Below, piece by piece: positions 30,001 to 39,304 of a stretch of DNA of 64,000 nucleotides. Every line of letters begins with the position of its first letter. Within the stretch, counting starts at the first letter, position 1. The position numbers and the translations under genes were made by a program. Source of the stretch: Candidatus Latescibacterota bacterium (GTDB taxonomy: Bacteria; Latescibacterota; UBA2968; UBA8231); the NCBI GenBank assembly GCA_965243025.1, contig CBDETY010000003.1:1728001-1792000 (forward strand), given 5' to 3'. The notes below the pieces were generated by a model. It was not told where the DNA came from. It did no database searches and saw only the letters and a program-made list of their open reading frames with translations.

Positions 30001-31503
30001 CCTCGGGAAGGAGCGCACCTTGACCTGATGGGTGCGCAGGTTGTCCCGGAGAACGGGATCGAACTCATCGAGATTCTCCAGCAGCTCCGGATCGTCGAAA
30101 GCCAGGGACAGGATGCCGTTGAGAAACCGGATCTGGGCGGCGAGCTGTCCGAAGCGGACCTCCCCGGCCCGGTCGAGGGGACTGTTGAGGGAGAGCCTGG
30201 CGTCGTGGGTGGTGACGAAACTGAGGGCGAGCTGCCCGGCTTCCATCGCCACCTTTCCGCTCGCGGGCACTCCCCCGGGGGCCAGCGTAGACCAGTCGAT
30301 CCCCTTGATCGGGCTGATGCCGTTGGCGAAGGCGGCGGTTGGCTCTCTCCCCTGAACTGAAGCAACTTCCTTCGCGTACCGGGTGAATCGGCGCGAGAAC
30401 GGAACGAACAGCCGCTTGAGTTCGAACCGGTCCGAGTTGTTCCAGACGGCGACCTGGTCTGTCCGCGAGCTCAGGTCGAGACTGATGAAGAGATCGACTT
30501 CGAGCGGCTCTTCCATCCACCTGGCGTACTCCTCGTTCTTTCTCGCGTGGCGGTTGAGGAAATCGATCATGCCGCGTTGCCCCTGGAAGTGGGCACCCGT
30601 CGCGGACAGAATCACCGTGCGGGCCGGCGGGTTCGATTGCAGGTGCCGCGCAAGCTCCAGGAGGGCGACGATGCTGCAGGAGGTCTCCGCCGAAGGAGCG
30701 AGGGCGGGAACGATCGAAATCCCGTCGTAGTAGGCGTCGACTACTATGGTCTGGTCCCGCAGTTCCGGGTCCGACCCGACCACCTTGCCCCGGATGTTCC
30801 AGGCCGGCTGCTCGCGCCAGTCCATGCGGCTGTGGACAACCACGGAAACCGGGTCCCCGCCGGCGACCCGGCGGCGAAGTTTCAGTCCTGACTCCCGGTC
30901 GATCCAGAACCGGGGAATGTCCAGGGGAACACTGGCGACCTTGTCGAGGGTTTGCAGGTACCCGGTATCCTCAGGCTCGATGAAGATGAAGGCGCGGGCT
31001 CCGAACCGGGCTGCCCGAGTCCACAGGTCCCAGCTGTTGAATTCCATGAGCACGGCGCTGCCGTTGAGTGGAAGTCCCTCGAAGTCGGCGTACTCCCCCC
31101 ATCCCCCGTACACCAGCGGCAGCTCGATTCCTTCCGGGGGTGTCGTGGTGGTACGCACGTGATTCGGCCACAGGCCGAAAACCGGAAAGACCTCGCCGGA
31201 GCCGGAAAGCACCAGCCGGCTTCCTTCCTCGACCGGAACCGCTACCCTGTACTGCTCCCGGCGCATGTCGACGCAGCCGTTGCGGCGCAGCCCCTCCTCG
31301 ATATACGAAGCGGCGCGCGCGTTGCCGGGGTATCCGGTTACCCGGGAACCCGATGCGAGGGTGTGGACCGCTGCTTCGACACGAGCGGTGAGATCGGGAG
31401 CCTCAGCCGGCTGGGAATCCTGGGAGGCACCGGCGGCGGAGACGGCCACTGCTGCCGCCATGAGGGCGGTGCGGCGGTAGGAGGGCAACTTGATTGGGGG
31501 CAT
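27073..31503 (-). CDS. giant M28-peptidase-like/PA domain plus FtsX-like permease fusion
   Basis: Signal peptide; SRVTGYPG, VDAYYD, ALLELA; TM block; NMRRRKLRTSLT and VYERFREIDIYSAVGLAP FtsX-type motifs; overlaps the OPT start by 4 bp. Confidence 0.8.
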   Translation of the reverse strand: MPPIKLPSYRRTALMAAAVAVSAAGASQDSQPAEAPDLTARVEAAVHTLASGSRVTGYPGNARAASYIEEGLRRNGCVDMRREQYRVAVPVEEGSRLVLSGSGEVFPVFGLWPNHVRTTTTPPEGIELPLVYGGWGEYADFEGLPLNGSAVLMEFNSWDLWTRAARFGARAFIFIEPEDTGYLQTLDKVASVPLDIPRFWIDRESGLKLRRRVAGGDPVSVVVHSRMDWREQPAWNIRGKVVGSDPELRDQTIVVDAYYDGISIVPALAPSAETSCSIVALLELARHLQSNPPARTVILSATGAHFQGQRGMIDFLNRHARKNEEYARWMEEPLEVDLFISLDLSSRTDQVAVWNNSDRFELKRLFVPFSRRFTRYAKEVASVQGREPTAAFANGISPIKGIDWSTLAPGGVPASGKVAMEAGQLALSFVTTHDARLSLNSPLDRAGEVRFGQLAAQIRFLNGILSLAFDDPELLENLDEFDPVLRDNLRTHQVKVRSFPRRAQMPNRPVPQAVVSEGYDLVDKGVHQERYYLTNEDGDVTLHGLVVGYTTGVSAFVLDRETGQVLFAPDLSERAQKFAGEPGFSGKIPWVTRWTADEKTLVLFPCVPGRLFGLGGSSDSFKILDRSGRAPRQFGYSRSGFAALVYADRDLPEQTDGLKVMAGTFGGARYLLNSPGGNDESTARGIGYHFRRDTLTPTEFYVIRDMMRLNEARLHTMRKHAIENHSVSRFQQNGRRLLQRAEAAMAEHRWDDYTRDIREAGGMIFRAYPEVIGTLNDVIKGMVFFLALVIPAAFFTERLVLASPDIRMQLTGFVAVLIVIWAIISQVHPAFAIAHPLVVLLAFAIMAMAVFVLLMVVTRFNRYLREYRAEQARVHQTDISRFSAAYTAFMLGISNMRRRKLRTSLTLGTITLLTFTVLSFSSFKPDVQFFAFSHRHEGAYEGALIRHHNWDWIGRWKMEAARSYFGERAVLSPRNWYIAQSEEKGYIRISHGEGSSLSTALLGLSPQERGVTGVHTALAAGDFFDSPDEKSCLLSLEMAEILGVDAALVPGDSVRVLGTMLRVRGLFDADAFFALHDLDDEPLTPVDFHRSSAELMGSRPQQVEDTSEREEETRAFVHLHPDNVVILPFETLRGAGGELRSVAMRFEPGGDIRGMIEGFITQTPMTLFAGTRDPETDRIAVASYTSVGLTAVEGFQALVIPMLIAGLIVLNAMMGAVYERFREIDIYSAVGLAPMHIALLFIAEACVYAVIGVTMGYLLGQTLGKAIVTFHLSAGVNLNYSSYAAVASAAVVMAVVLASTVYPARVASRAAVPDLVRRWKPPRPTGDRWEFEFPFMVSSGEVVGICGFLGNFFDAYKEESIGDFYAEKVTLVSEEQTPGAPQYSLQMLTWLAPFDMGVSQYLQLDFLPAADGSGIYMVEVFIQRLSGQDTYWQRVNQRFMNTLRKQFLLWHTLRADARAYHREKAEAMLASPIPAA

Positions 31504-31869
31504 CCGCAAGCCCGCCGGTCGGGGGGGTGCGATGGTTGAGAACAGCCCCTGGTTCGAGTTGGACGGGTGGGAACAGGAGCCAAGGTATTCCTTCGATAAA
31601 GATTGGGCAATCTGAATTTCGGGCGTTTCCGGGTTGAAACAGGTTTGACGTGTCATCGACCTTGCTGAACCAGCGATGCTCCCGCCATGCCCGTTCACTG
31701 CCCGCTGTGGATCTTGCCGGGTTGCGTCCCCGTGGCCGCCTGCTCACCCCGGTTGCCATCTCGGGCTCCGGTGCCGGATGGCACTTGCTTTTTCCTCTTC
31801 CCAGCTTCGTATTCGGACTCCCCCGGCAAGTCCCGGGCATCGGAACCCGATCGAGCAGGAGAACGGCCA

Positions 31870-33060
31870 ATGGGTGTCACCGACGGCAAACTGGAAAAGC
31901 GGTTTCTGCATCACGCCCGGCGGCTGATGCCGCTCCCGACGGCCCCGTTTCGCGAGCAGTTCGTGATGGAAGCGATCTCGCGCCAGGCAGCGGAGCTCGG
32001 TCTGGAGACTCAGTCCGATGCCGTGGGGAATCTCCTGCTCGTTTACCGGGGGAACCGGGATTCGGGATTCGTCCCCCGGGTGATATTCACCGCCCACATG
32101 GACCACCCAGGTCTGCTCTACTCCCGGCCTCTCTCCCCCCGCGACCACCTGTTCGAGCTCGCCGGGAACGTGAACGTCGATCTGGCGAAGAAGAGCGAGG
32201 TCGACATCTACGACCCGGCAGGAACCGCGGACCAGGTTCCGGTTCGTGGTGTCGTCGACTCGTATGCCGGGCCTGAGGGCGGACGGCCGGTTTTTTCGGT
32301 CCGCACCGCCAGGGCGGATTCCGGGCTCCTGACACCGGATTCGTTCGCCATGTGGCGGCTCCCCGTGCTGCGGCAGCAGGGACGCCTTCTGAGAGGCCGC
32401 GCCTGCGACGACCTCGCCGGTGTGACGGTGGGGCTCGCTGTCATGGACCATCTGCGCCGCAGTCGATCCCGGACCTGCGCCGGCCTCCTGCTGACGCGTG
32501 CGGAAGAGACGGGATTCGGCGGCATGATGGCGGCCGTAAGGGGCGACTGGCTGCCGCGAGGGCCGCTCTACATCAACATTGAGTGTTCGAGCCGGCGCGC
32601 CGGGGCGGAGCTCGGGGCAGGTCCGGTCATTCGCGTCGGAGACCGCATTTCGGTATTCGACCCGCGTCTCTGCGCCGGGCTGGTCGCCATGGCGGAGGGT
32701 GAGGCGGAAGGCTTCGAAGGTCGGGGATTGCCATACCAGCGCAAGCTGATGGATGGGGGCGCGTGTGAAGCAACGGTCCTGGCGCTGGCCGGTTTCCAGG
32801 TCGGGGCGGTTGCCCTTCCACTCGATCATTACCACAATTGGGGAAGAAAGCGCCTGCGACCCGAAGCAATCGACATCGGAGACGCCGGCGCCCTCGTCAA
32901 ACTGCTGGTTCGCGCCGCGGTCTGCCGGGAAGGAGTTGCCGGCAGCGGCGAGGGGGCGCAACGCAACGTCGAGCGCAGGCTGGAAACCCGCTACCGGAGC
33001 CAGCGGCCGCGCCTGGAGGAAGCCCGTTCACCCCGTCCCTTGGGAGGAACAATGTCATGA
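31870..33060 (+). CDS. M20/M28/M42-family metallopeptidase or hydrolase
   Basis: DAVGN, TAHMDHPG, RACDDLAG, TRAEETG, GGACEAT, YHN motifs intact. Confidence 0.82.
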   Translation: MGVTDGKLEKRFLHHARRLMPLPTAPFREQFVMEAISRQAAELGLETQSDAVGNLLLVYRGNRDSGFVPRVIFTAHMDHPGLLYSRPLSPRDHLFELAGNVNVDLAKKSEVDIYDPAGTADQVPVRGVVDSYAGPEGGRPVFSVRTARADSGLLTPDSFAMWRLPVLRQQGRLLRGRACDDLAGVTVGLAVMDHLRRSRSRTCAGLLLTRAEETGFGGMMAAVRGDWLPRGPLYINIECSSRRAGAELGAGPVIRVGDRISVFDPRLCAGLVAMAEGEAEGFEGRGLPYQRKLMDGGACEATVLALAGFQVGAVALPLDHYHNWGRKRLRPEAIDIGDAGALVKLLVRAAVCREGVAGSGEGAQRNVERRLETRYRSQRPRLEEARSPRPLGGTMS

Positions 33061-33821
33061 TGGAAACCGTCGATCTCGGGCTGAGCGGGATCAGTACCTC
33101 GCGTCTGTGTTTCGGAACCGGTACCCATGGGTGGCACCACCGTTCGAACCAGGGCGATCTCGGCGTCGAGCGGCTTTCGTGCCTGCTGCGCTACGCCCAC
33201 GAACGCGGAATCACCTTCTGGGACACGGCCGACATGTACGGAACCCACCCCCATGTGGCCGACGCCCTCCGCCAGGTCGAGCGGGAGTCGGTGACAATAA
33301 CCACGAAAACGGTTTCGCGGACTGCTTCGGAAGTGCGTTCCGACGTCGAGCGGTTCCTGGCGGAACTCGGCACCGATTACATGGATATCCTGCTGCTCCA
33401 TTGCCTGACCTCCGCCGATTGGCCAGGGGAAATGAGCGGGCCTATGGACGTCCTCAGTGAGTTCAAATCCCGAGGTCAGGTGCGGGCCCTGGGCTGTTCC
33501 TGCCACGACTTCGGGGCGCTGAAAGCGGCTTCGGAGTGCGACTGGGTAGACGTCAATCTCGTCCGCATCAACCCGGCCGGGCACGCCATGTGCGCTTCTC
33601 CCGACCAGGTCATTCCGGTGATCGAGGCGATGGACGCCCGGGGCCAGGGAGTCTACGGGATGAAAGTCATGGGGGGTGGCAGCGAACTGGCGGCCGATCC
33701 CGGCGGGGCGATCGAGTACGTCATGGGTCTTCCCGCGGTTCACGCCTTTGTCATCGGCATGATGGACGAAGGGGAGATCGAGTCCTGCCTGGAGTTCACC
33801 AACCTCCCCGTCCTGGTCTGA
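33057..33821 (+). CDS. aldo/keto reductase
   Basis: SRLCFGT, WDTADMYG, ITTK, LGTDYMDILLLH. Confidence 0.9.
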   Translation: MMETVDLGLSGISTSRLCFGTGTHGWHHRSNQGDLGVERLSCLLRYAHERGITFWDTADMYGTHPHVADALRQVERESVTITTKTVSRTASEVRSDVERFLAELGTDYMDILLLHCLTSADWPGEMSGPMDVLSEFKSRGQVRALGCSCHDFGALKAASECDWVDVNLVRINPAGHAMCASPDQVIPVIEAMDARGQGVYGMKVMGGGSELAADPGGAIEYVMGLPAVHAFVIGMMDEGEIESCLEFTNLPVLV

Positions 33822-33871
33822 ACCGCCTCGATTCCCTTCAGCCTGACCGGTTCTCGCCGAACCGGCCGGCA

Positions 33872-34648
33872 CTACACGATGGTCCAGCCTCCATCGACGA
33901 CGAGGGTGTGACCTGTCACCATGCTGGCCGCTTCGGAAGCGAGGAAGATCACCGGGGCTGAAATCTCCTCCGGTTCGGCGAGATCTCCTCGCAGCAGGTT
34001 CTTGGTTCTCACCGCTTCGCGAAACGCCGCACTCGACTTCAGGGCTCCCTCGGCCAGGGGCGAACGGGTCACCGTGGGTGCCACCGCGTTAACGCGGATT
34101 CCGAACTCCGCCCACTCCGCTGCCATCGTGCGCGTCATGTTGTTCACCCCTCCCTTCGCACCGCTGTACGGACCCCGCTCGGGAGCACCCACGACGCCTG
34201 CCTGCGAAGATATGTTGACGATACTGCCGCCTTTGCCGGCGGCGATCATCTGCCTGGCGGCGATCTGGCTGCAGAAAAAGACGTTCTTGAGATTGGCGTC
34301 GACGATCTCGTCGTAGAGCTCCTCGTCGCAGTCGAGGATCTTCCCGAGCTTGTTGTAACCGGCGTTGTTGACGAGCACGTCGAGAGGCCCTGCCTCGGCG
34401 GCCACGGCGTCGAAAAATGCCTGTATCGAGTCTACGTCAACGACGTCGAGACGGTGGCAGAAGCAGTTCCTCCCCATCTTTTCGATTTCGACGGCCAGTG
34501 TTTCCAGCTCGGTAACAGTGCGGCTGCCGACCGCCAGGTCCGCGCCGGAGCGCGCTGCATCGAGGGCGATGGTGCGACCTATACCGCGGCCGGCACCGGT
34601 GACCACGGCCATTTTATCCTTCAGTTCGAACCGTTCCAGATGTCCCAA
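33872..34648 (-). CDS. SDR family oxidoreductase
   Basis: TGAGRGIG, NNAG, YSGAKGG, VDGGW. Confidence 0.93.
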   Translation of the reverse strand: MGHLERFELKDKMAVVTGAGRGIGRTIALDAARSGADLAVGSRTVTELETLAVEIEKMGRNCFCHRLDVVDVDSIQAFFDAVAAEAGPLDVLVNNAGYNKLGKILDCDEELYDEIVDANLKNVFFCSQIAARQMIAAGKGGSIVNISSQAGVVGAPERGPYSGAKGGVNNMTRTMAAEWAEFGIRVNAVAPTVTRSPLAEGALKSSAAFREAVRTKNLLRGDLAEPEEISAPVIFLASEAASMVTGHTLVVDGGWTIV

Positions 34649-34697
34649 TTCCCGTTCCTTCCGTTGGTTTGCGAGGGCCGAGGAATTTGCAGGGCTC

Positions 34698-35459
34698 TTA
34701 CGAAAGGCCCATGGCCCGCAGGTTCTTCAGGCTGGTCTCCAGGCTCTCGAAAGGGTCGCCCTGACAGTGGTCCTGCTCGACCAGAAAATGTTCGATGCCG
34801 GCTTCCCTGCACGCGTCGAGGATCGGCCCCCATTCGAGATTGCCCTGGCCCACCTCTGCGAACAGCTGGCGGGACCCGCTCATCGCCATGTCCTTGAGGT
34901 GTACCAGGTGCATGCGCCCGTTAAGCCGCCGGAGCCAGGAAACCGGGTTCCCTCCTCCGTGCTGTATCCAGTAGGTGTCCACTTCGAAGGAGAACACCTC
35001 CGGGTCGCTCTCGGCGGCGAGTATCTCCAGCCCGGTACGGCCTCCGAAGCGCTCGAGCTCGAAGCTGTGGTTGTGGTAGCTGAACGTCAGTCCGGCATCG
35101 ATCAGGGGGCGCGCCACCCGGGAGGCCTCCGCTGCGAAACGGGCGAAGCCCCCGGCGCTGCGGTAGTCCGGGGGCATGCCGCCGATGCCGACGTGCCGGC
35201 AGTTCCACAGCCGGTGTTCGGCGACCACCGCCTCGACGTCGTCCCGTATGCGGTCATAGCTGATGTGGGTGGCGACGATGGCGACCTCCGCCTCCCCGGC
35301 AAACCCGGCGATCTCCTGCGGGGTTCCCGCGCCGTGACCTGAAAGCTGGACCGTGGAATATCCCAGCTCCCTGACCTTTTTGAGGGTTGCGCGGATGTCG
35401 TCCGTGGTCCGGAGGAAATCACGGAGGGTGTAAAGTTGCGCTCCAATTGCCGGTGACAC
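34698..35459 (-). CDS. sugar phosphate isomerase/epimerase (xylose-isomerase-like TIM barrel)
   Basis: GAQLYTLR, YHNHSFE, EVDTYW, HLKD, VEQD. Confidence 0.9.
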   Translation of the reverse strand: MSPAIGAQLYTLRDFLRTTDDIRATLKKVRELGYSTVQLSGHGAGTPQEIAGFAGEAEVAIVATHISYDRIRDDVEAVVAEHRLWNCRHVGIGGMPPDYRSAGGFARFAAEASRVARPLIDAGLTFSYHNHSFELERFGGRTGLEILAAESDPEVFSFEVDTYWIQHGGGNPVSWLRRLNGRMHLVHLKDMAMSGSRQLFAEVGQGNLEWGPILDACREAGIEHFLVEQDHCQGDPFESLETSLKNLRAMGLS

Positions 35460-35525
35460 GGTCTGCGGTCTCCATTCGAGGGTAGAAGGGACCAACCATA
35501 GGCAGGCTTCCTGAAACCGGTCAAA

Positions 35526-36779
35526 TCAACTCGATCGCGGTGCGGGATTTTTTTGTTGAACGAATCCCCGCAGGCCGAAGGCGACGCCGGCAATTGCCGA
35601 CAGGGCGGCCGCGGCCATGCAGCCTACGGCCACCGGGGCGCTGAAGTTCTCGGCCATTCCCCCCGCCAGGATGCGTCCCAGGGGTCCGAATCCGATGGCG
35701 ATCACCAGAGTCCCCATCGCCCGCGCCCGCATCAGGTCGGAGGACTCGACGAGGATGATCGTGCTCTGCATGACGCTGAATCCCGCATGACCGACGCCAA
35801 CAGCGACCAGAATCGAAAGAGACACCGGTAACGAGTCCGACTGGGAAAACCCGATGAGCCCCATGCAGGAGACCATGGCCGCCGTTGCGAAAATCCAGGA
35901 CAGGCTCCTGGTCTTTCGCAGCCAGGAAATCAGGAGCATGCCCCCCAGGTTTCCCAGACCGCTGGCAGCCCCGAGCATGCCGAGCCCGAAGGCATCCGTT
36001 CCGAGGATGTCACGGGCGAATACCGGCAGCAGGTCCATGTAGGGAAACGCCCACAGGTTCATGGCCACCGTGATCAGAAGCACTCCGAGGATGGTGCGGT
36101 TGCCGAAGACGTAGCGGAGGCCATCGCGGCAGCGTCTCGCCGAATCCGCCAGACCCCCGGGTCTCTGTGGGGAGCGCGACCGGGTCCGGATCCCGGCCAG
36201 TACGAGAACCGAAACGCCCGCCGATACCGTCAGGGCGGCCAGGGCCCCCCGGGTGCCGATAACGGCAACGACAGCCCCGGCCGACAGCGGCCCCAACACC
36301 CGGGTTACGCTCTGAAGCAGGTTGTCGAGGAACATCGCGTCGACCACCCTGCTCTTTCCGAGCAGGTCCGGGAACAGCGACCGGCGCGTTGGCCAGTCGA
36401 GGGACCAGACCGTGCCGGTAACCATTGCCGCCGCCGCGAGATGCCAGTAAGCCAGCGCTCCGTGCAGGTGCAGGAGCGTCACCGTGCCGATTGAGAGAAA
36501 AGTGACGCTCTGGCCGGTTACGATTACCCGGCGCCGCTGAAATCGCTCGACGATCACCGGGCCGAATATCCCTGCCAGCGGCATCGGGGCCGATCGGAAA
36601 AAACCGATCAATGCCACCCACCAGGCTGAATCGGTCAGAGCCAGCGCCAGCCATCCGATGACGACCTGCTCGACCCCCATTGCCTGCCACCAGAGGCCGT
36701 TGCTGATGAGCAGGCGCAGGAAGTCGCGGTTTCGCAGCGGTGCCAGGAAGCCGTTGTCGCCGGCCGCGGAGCTATCCAT
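35526..36779 (-). CDS. MFS transporter
   Basis: 12-TM pattern; PLRNRDF, ERFQRR, DWPTRRS, MRARAMG. Confidence 0.9.
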   Translation of the reverse strand: MDSSAAGDNGFLAPLRNRDFLRLLISNGLWWQAMGVEQVVIGWLALALTDSAWWVALIGFFRSAPMPLAGIFGPVIVERFQRRRVIVTGQSVTFLSIGTVTLLHLHGALAYWHLAAAAMVTGTVWSLDWPTRRSLFPDLLGKSRVVDAMFLDNLLQSVTRVLGPLSAGAVVAVIGTRGALAALTVSAGVSVLVLAGIRTRSRSPQRPGGLADSARRCRDGLRYVFGNRTILGVLLITVAMNLWAFPYMDLLPVFARDILGTDAFGLGMLGAASGLGNLGGMLLISWLRKTRSLSWIFATAAMVSCMGLIGFSQSDSLPVSLSILVAVGVGHAGFSVMQSTIILVESSDLMRARAMGTLVIAIGFGPLGRILAGGMAENFSAPVAVGCMAAAALSAIAGVAFGLRGFVQQKNPAPRSS

Positions 36780-37216
36780 GCTTCGGTTCAAGATCCGGAC
36801 CCGCAACCGCGACCGGGGCTGCATTCGCGTCTGGCCGCGGCGAACGGGTGTGCAAGTGATGGTGCGTGGAAACGAACCTCAGCCTGCCTGGCCGGGTCGC
36901 TGGCAAGGGAGGGCCGACTGCCTTGTGCGGGGCTCTCTTTCCGCTCACGCCGCCCGACCCGGTCTGCCGGAAGACCGGGGGCGGGCTGCTGAAAGCGGAA
37001 CCTCTGCGGGTTCGGGCGAGCTGCCGAAGGCGAGAAAGCTCCCGGGTCGGGCACACCATCCGGGCCGGGATCCGGCGGATGGATGCTGACAATCAAACTC
37101 CGGACAAGATCTTTGCGGAAGTCGACAGATCGCTTCCCGGTCGGGGTGCCAGCCCGGATTCAGGGCTCGCAGGGGAAGCGGGAGCGTCCGGACGGCATTC
37201 TCGCTGTCAGGGCCGG

Positions 37217-39178
37217 CTATTCTTTGCTGCCTCGGTCGTCCGCAGCAGAAGGGGTTGGTGCGAGAGAGTCGGTTGCAACAGGATCGGCACCGACGGCCGG
37301 GTCGCCGGTTGTTCCATTGCCTGAGGAATCCGGGCCGGTTTCCGAATCCCCCTGTTTTTCATCCGCGGCATCGGGAAGCCGGTCAACTACTTCCCCGTTG
37401 AGCAGATGACGCAACTCTTCCCCCTCCATTATCTCCTTTTCGAACAGCACCTCCACCACCTTTTCCAGCACCTCGCGACGGTCGACGAGCACCTCCTTCG
37501 CCCTGGCGTAAGACTCGTCGATTATGCGCGCCACCTCCCCGTCGATCCGCCTTGCCGTGTCCTCGCTGTAGAGTTTCTCCCCGTTGGGAACCCCCAGAAA
37601 CGGCTGCTGCCGGCTCTCGCGATGGGCTACCAGTCCGAGCTTGTCGCTCATGCCGTATTCCTTGACCATGCTCTCGGCTATCTGGGTCGCTTTCTGAAGA
37701 TCGTTCGCCGCCCCGGTCGAAATTTCCCCGAACACGATATCCTCGGCCGCCCGTCCCCCCAGCAGGGCACAGGTGGTGTCGAGCAACTCTTCCCTGGTCA
37801 TGAGGTAGCGGTCTTCCGTCGGCATGTTCAGGGTATATCCGAGGGCACCCACACCCCTGGGGATTATGGAAATCTTCTGAACGGGATTCGCCTCCTCGAG
37901 CACTTCTCCGACGATCGCGTGACCCGCCTCGTGATAGGCGACGATGCGGCGCTCCTTCTCGTTCAGGACGCGGCTCTTGCGCTCCAGGCCGGCGACGGCT
38001 CGCTCAACCGCCTCGCTCAGCTCGTCCATGGTGATCTTCTTCTTGTCGCGCCGGGCGGCGAGCAGGGCCGCTTCGTTGACGACGTTGGCGAGGTCGGCCC
38101 CGGCGAATCCCGGAGTCTGGATCGCAACTTTTTTCAGGTCGACGTCATCGGCGAGCTTGGCTGGCCGGGCATGAATCTCGAGAATGGCGGTCCGTCCCTT
38201 TACGTCGGGACGGTCGACGGTAACGGTTCGGTCGAAGCGACCCGGCCGCAGCAGAGCGGGGTCGAGAATCTCCGGCCTGTTGGTCGCCGCCATCAGGATG
38301 ATTCCCACGTTGGTGTCGAACCCGTCGAGTTCGGTCAGGAGCTGGTTCAGGGTCTGTTCGCGCTCGTCGTGGCCTCCGAATGAACCGACTCCCCTGGCCT
38401 TGCCCAGCGCATCGAGCTCGTCGATGAAGATGATCGCGGGGGCGTGTTTTTTCGCCTGCTCGAAAAGATCGCGAACGCGCGCCGCCCCGACACCCACGAA
38501 CATCTCGACGAAATCCGAACCGCTGATCGAGAAAAACGGTACCTCGGCCTGCCCGGCCACGGCCTTTGCCAGAAGGGTTTTTCCCGTGCCTGGAGGTCCG
38601 ACGAGCAGCACCCCGCGGGGAATGCGGCCTCCCAGGGCCTGAAACCGCTCGGGAGTCTTCAGGAACTCGACAACCTCCTCCAGCTCTTCCTTGGCCTCGT
38701 CGATCCCGGCAACGTCGTCGAAGGTTATGCCCGTCCCCTTTTCCATGTACACCTTGGCCTTGCTCTTTCCGATCGACATCAGGCCGCCGGAGCCCCCGCC
38801 CATGCGGCGGGCCATCAGCATCCAGATACCGACGAAAATCAGAGCCGGGAGGATCCAGGAAAGCAGCGTCGTGAACCAGGTGCTTTCGACCTTGCCGGAA
38901 AAATCGATGCCGTGTTCGGCCAGGAGGCTGACCAGCTCCGGGTCATCTACCCGCGTCACCACGAAACTCTTCTCGGAACCATCGGAAAAATAGGTGCCTG
39001 TTATCGAGTCGGATCCGATGGAGACTTCCCGGACCGCCCCTTCGGCGACCATGGCCCGGAAATCGCTGTAGGAAAGCGTATGCACCTGGCCCTGGAGGTA
39101 ACTCTGAATGACGAGAAGGAGAAGAACGGTCAGTATCGCGTACGCGATCGACAGCTGCGTCCGGCGATCCAGTCTCAC
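37217..39178 (-). CDS. ftsH: ATP-dependent zinc metalloprotease FtsH
   Basis: Two TM segments; [28 protein letters not shown]. Confidence 0.97.
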   Translation of the reverse strand: MRLDRRTQLSIAYAILTVLLLLVIQSYLQGQVHTLSYSDFRAMVAEGAVREVSIGSDSITGTYFSDGSEKSFVVTRVDDPELVSLLAEHGIDFSGKVESTWFTTLLSWILPALIFVGIWMLMARRMGGGSGGLMSIGKSKAKVYMEKGTGITFDDVAGIDEAKEELEEVVEFLKTPERFQALGGRIPRGVLLVGPPGTGKTLLAKAVAGQAEVPFFSISGSDFVEMFVGVGAARVRDLFEQAKKHAPAIIFIDELDALGKARGVGSFGGHDEREQTLNQLLTELDGFDTNVGIILMAATNRPEILDPALLRPGRFDRTVTVDRPDVKGRTAILEIHARPAKLADDVDLKKVAIQTPGFAGADLANVVNEAALLAARRDKKKITMDELSEAVERAVAGLERKSRVLNEKERRIVAYHEAGHAIVGEVLEEANPVQKISIIPRGVGALGYTLNMPTEDRYLMTREELLDTTCALLGGRAAEDIVFGEISTGAANDLQKATQIAESMVKEYGMSDKLGLVAHRESRQQPFLGVPNGEKLYSEDTARRIDGEVARIIDESYARAKEVLVDRREVLEKVVEVLFEKEIMEGEELRHLLNGEVVDRLPDAADEKQGDSETGPDSSGNGTTGDPAVGADPVATDSLAPTPSAADDRGSKE

Positions 39179-39229
39179 TGGAAAATCGTCCTAAGAAGTT
39201 GAAGAAACAAAAGTTACGTGCGTCTTTGG

Positions 39230-39258
39230 AAAATAACCTTGCCCTGTACCGGGGTCAA
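39230..39258 (-). promoter_or_regulatory. putative sigma70 promoter of ftsH
   Basis: TTGACC-17 bp-TATTTT on the minus strand. Confidence 0.5.
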
Positions 39259-39304
39259 GAAGACCAGCCGCAACCGGAGCTGAAGCGGGACTCGGGAATC
39301 CCTG

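Noticed and set aside
31779-31795. TGGCAC followed by TTGC as a sigma54 promoter
   Set aside because: The required 5-bp spacing between TGGCAC and TTGC is missing
37217-37400. Acidic low-complexity C-terminal tail of FtsH
   Set aside because: Such disordered tails are common in FtsH proteins
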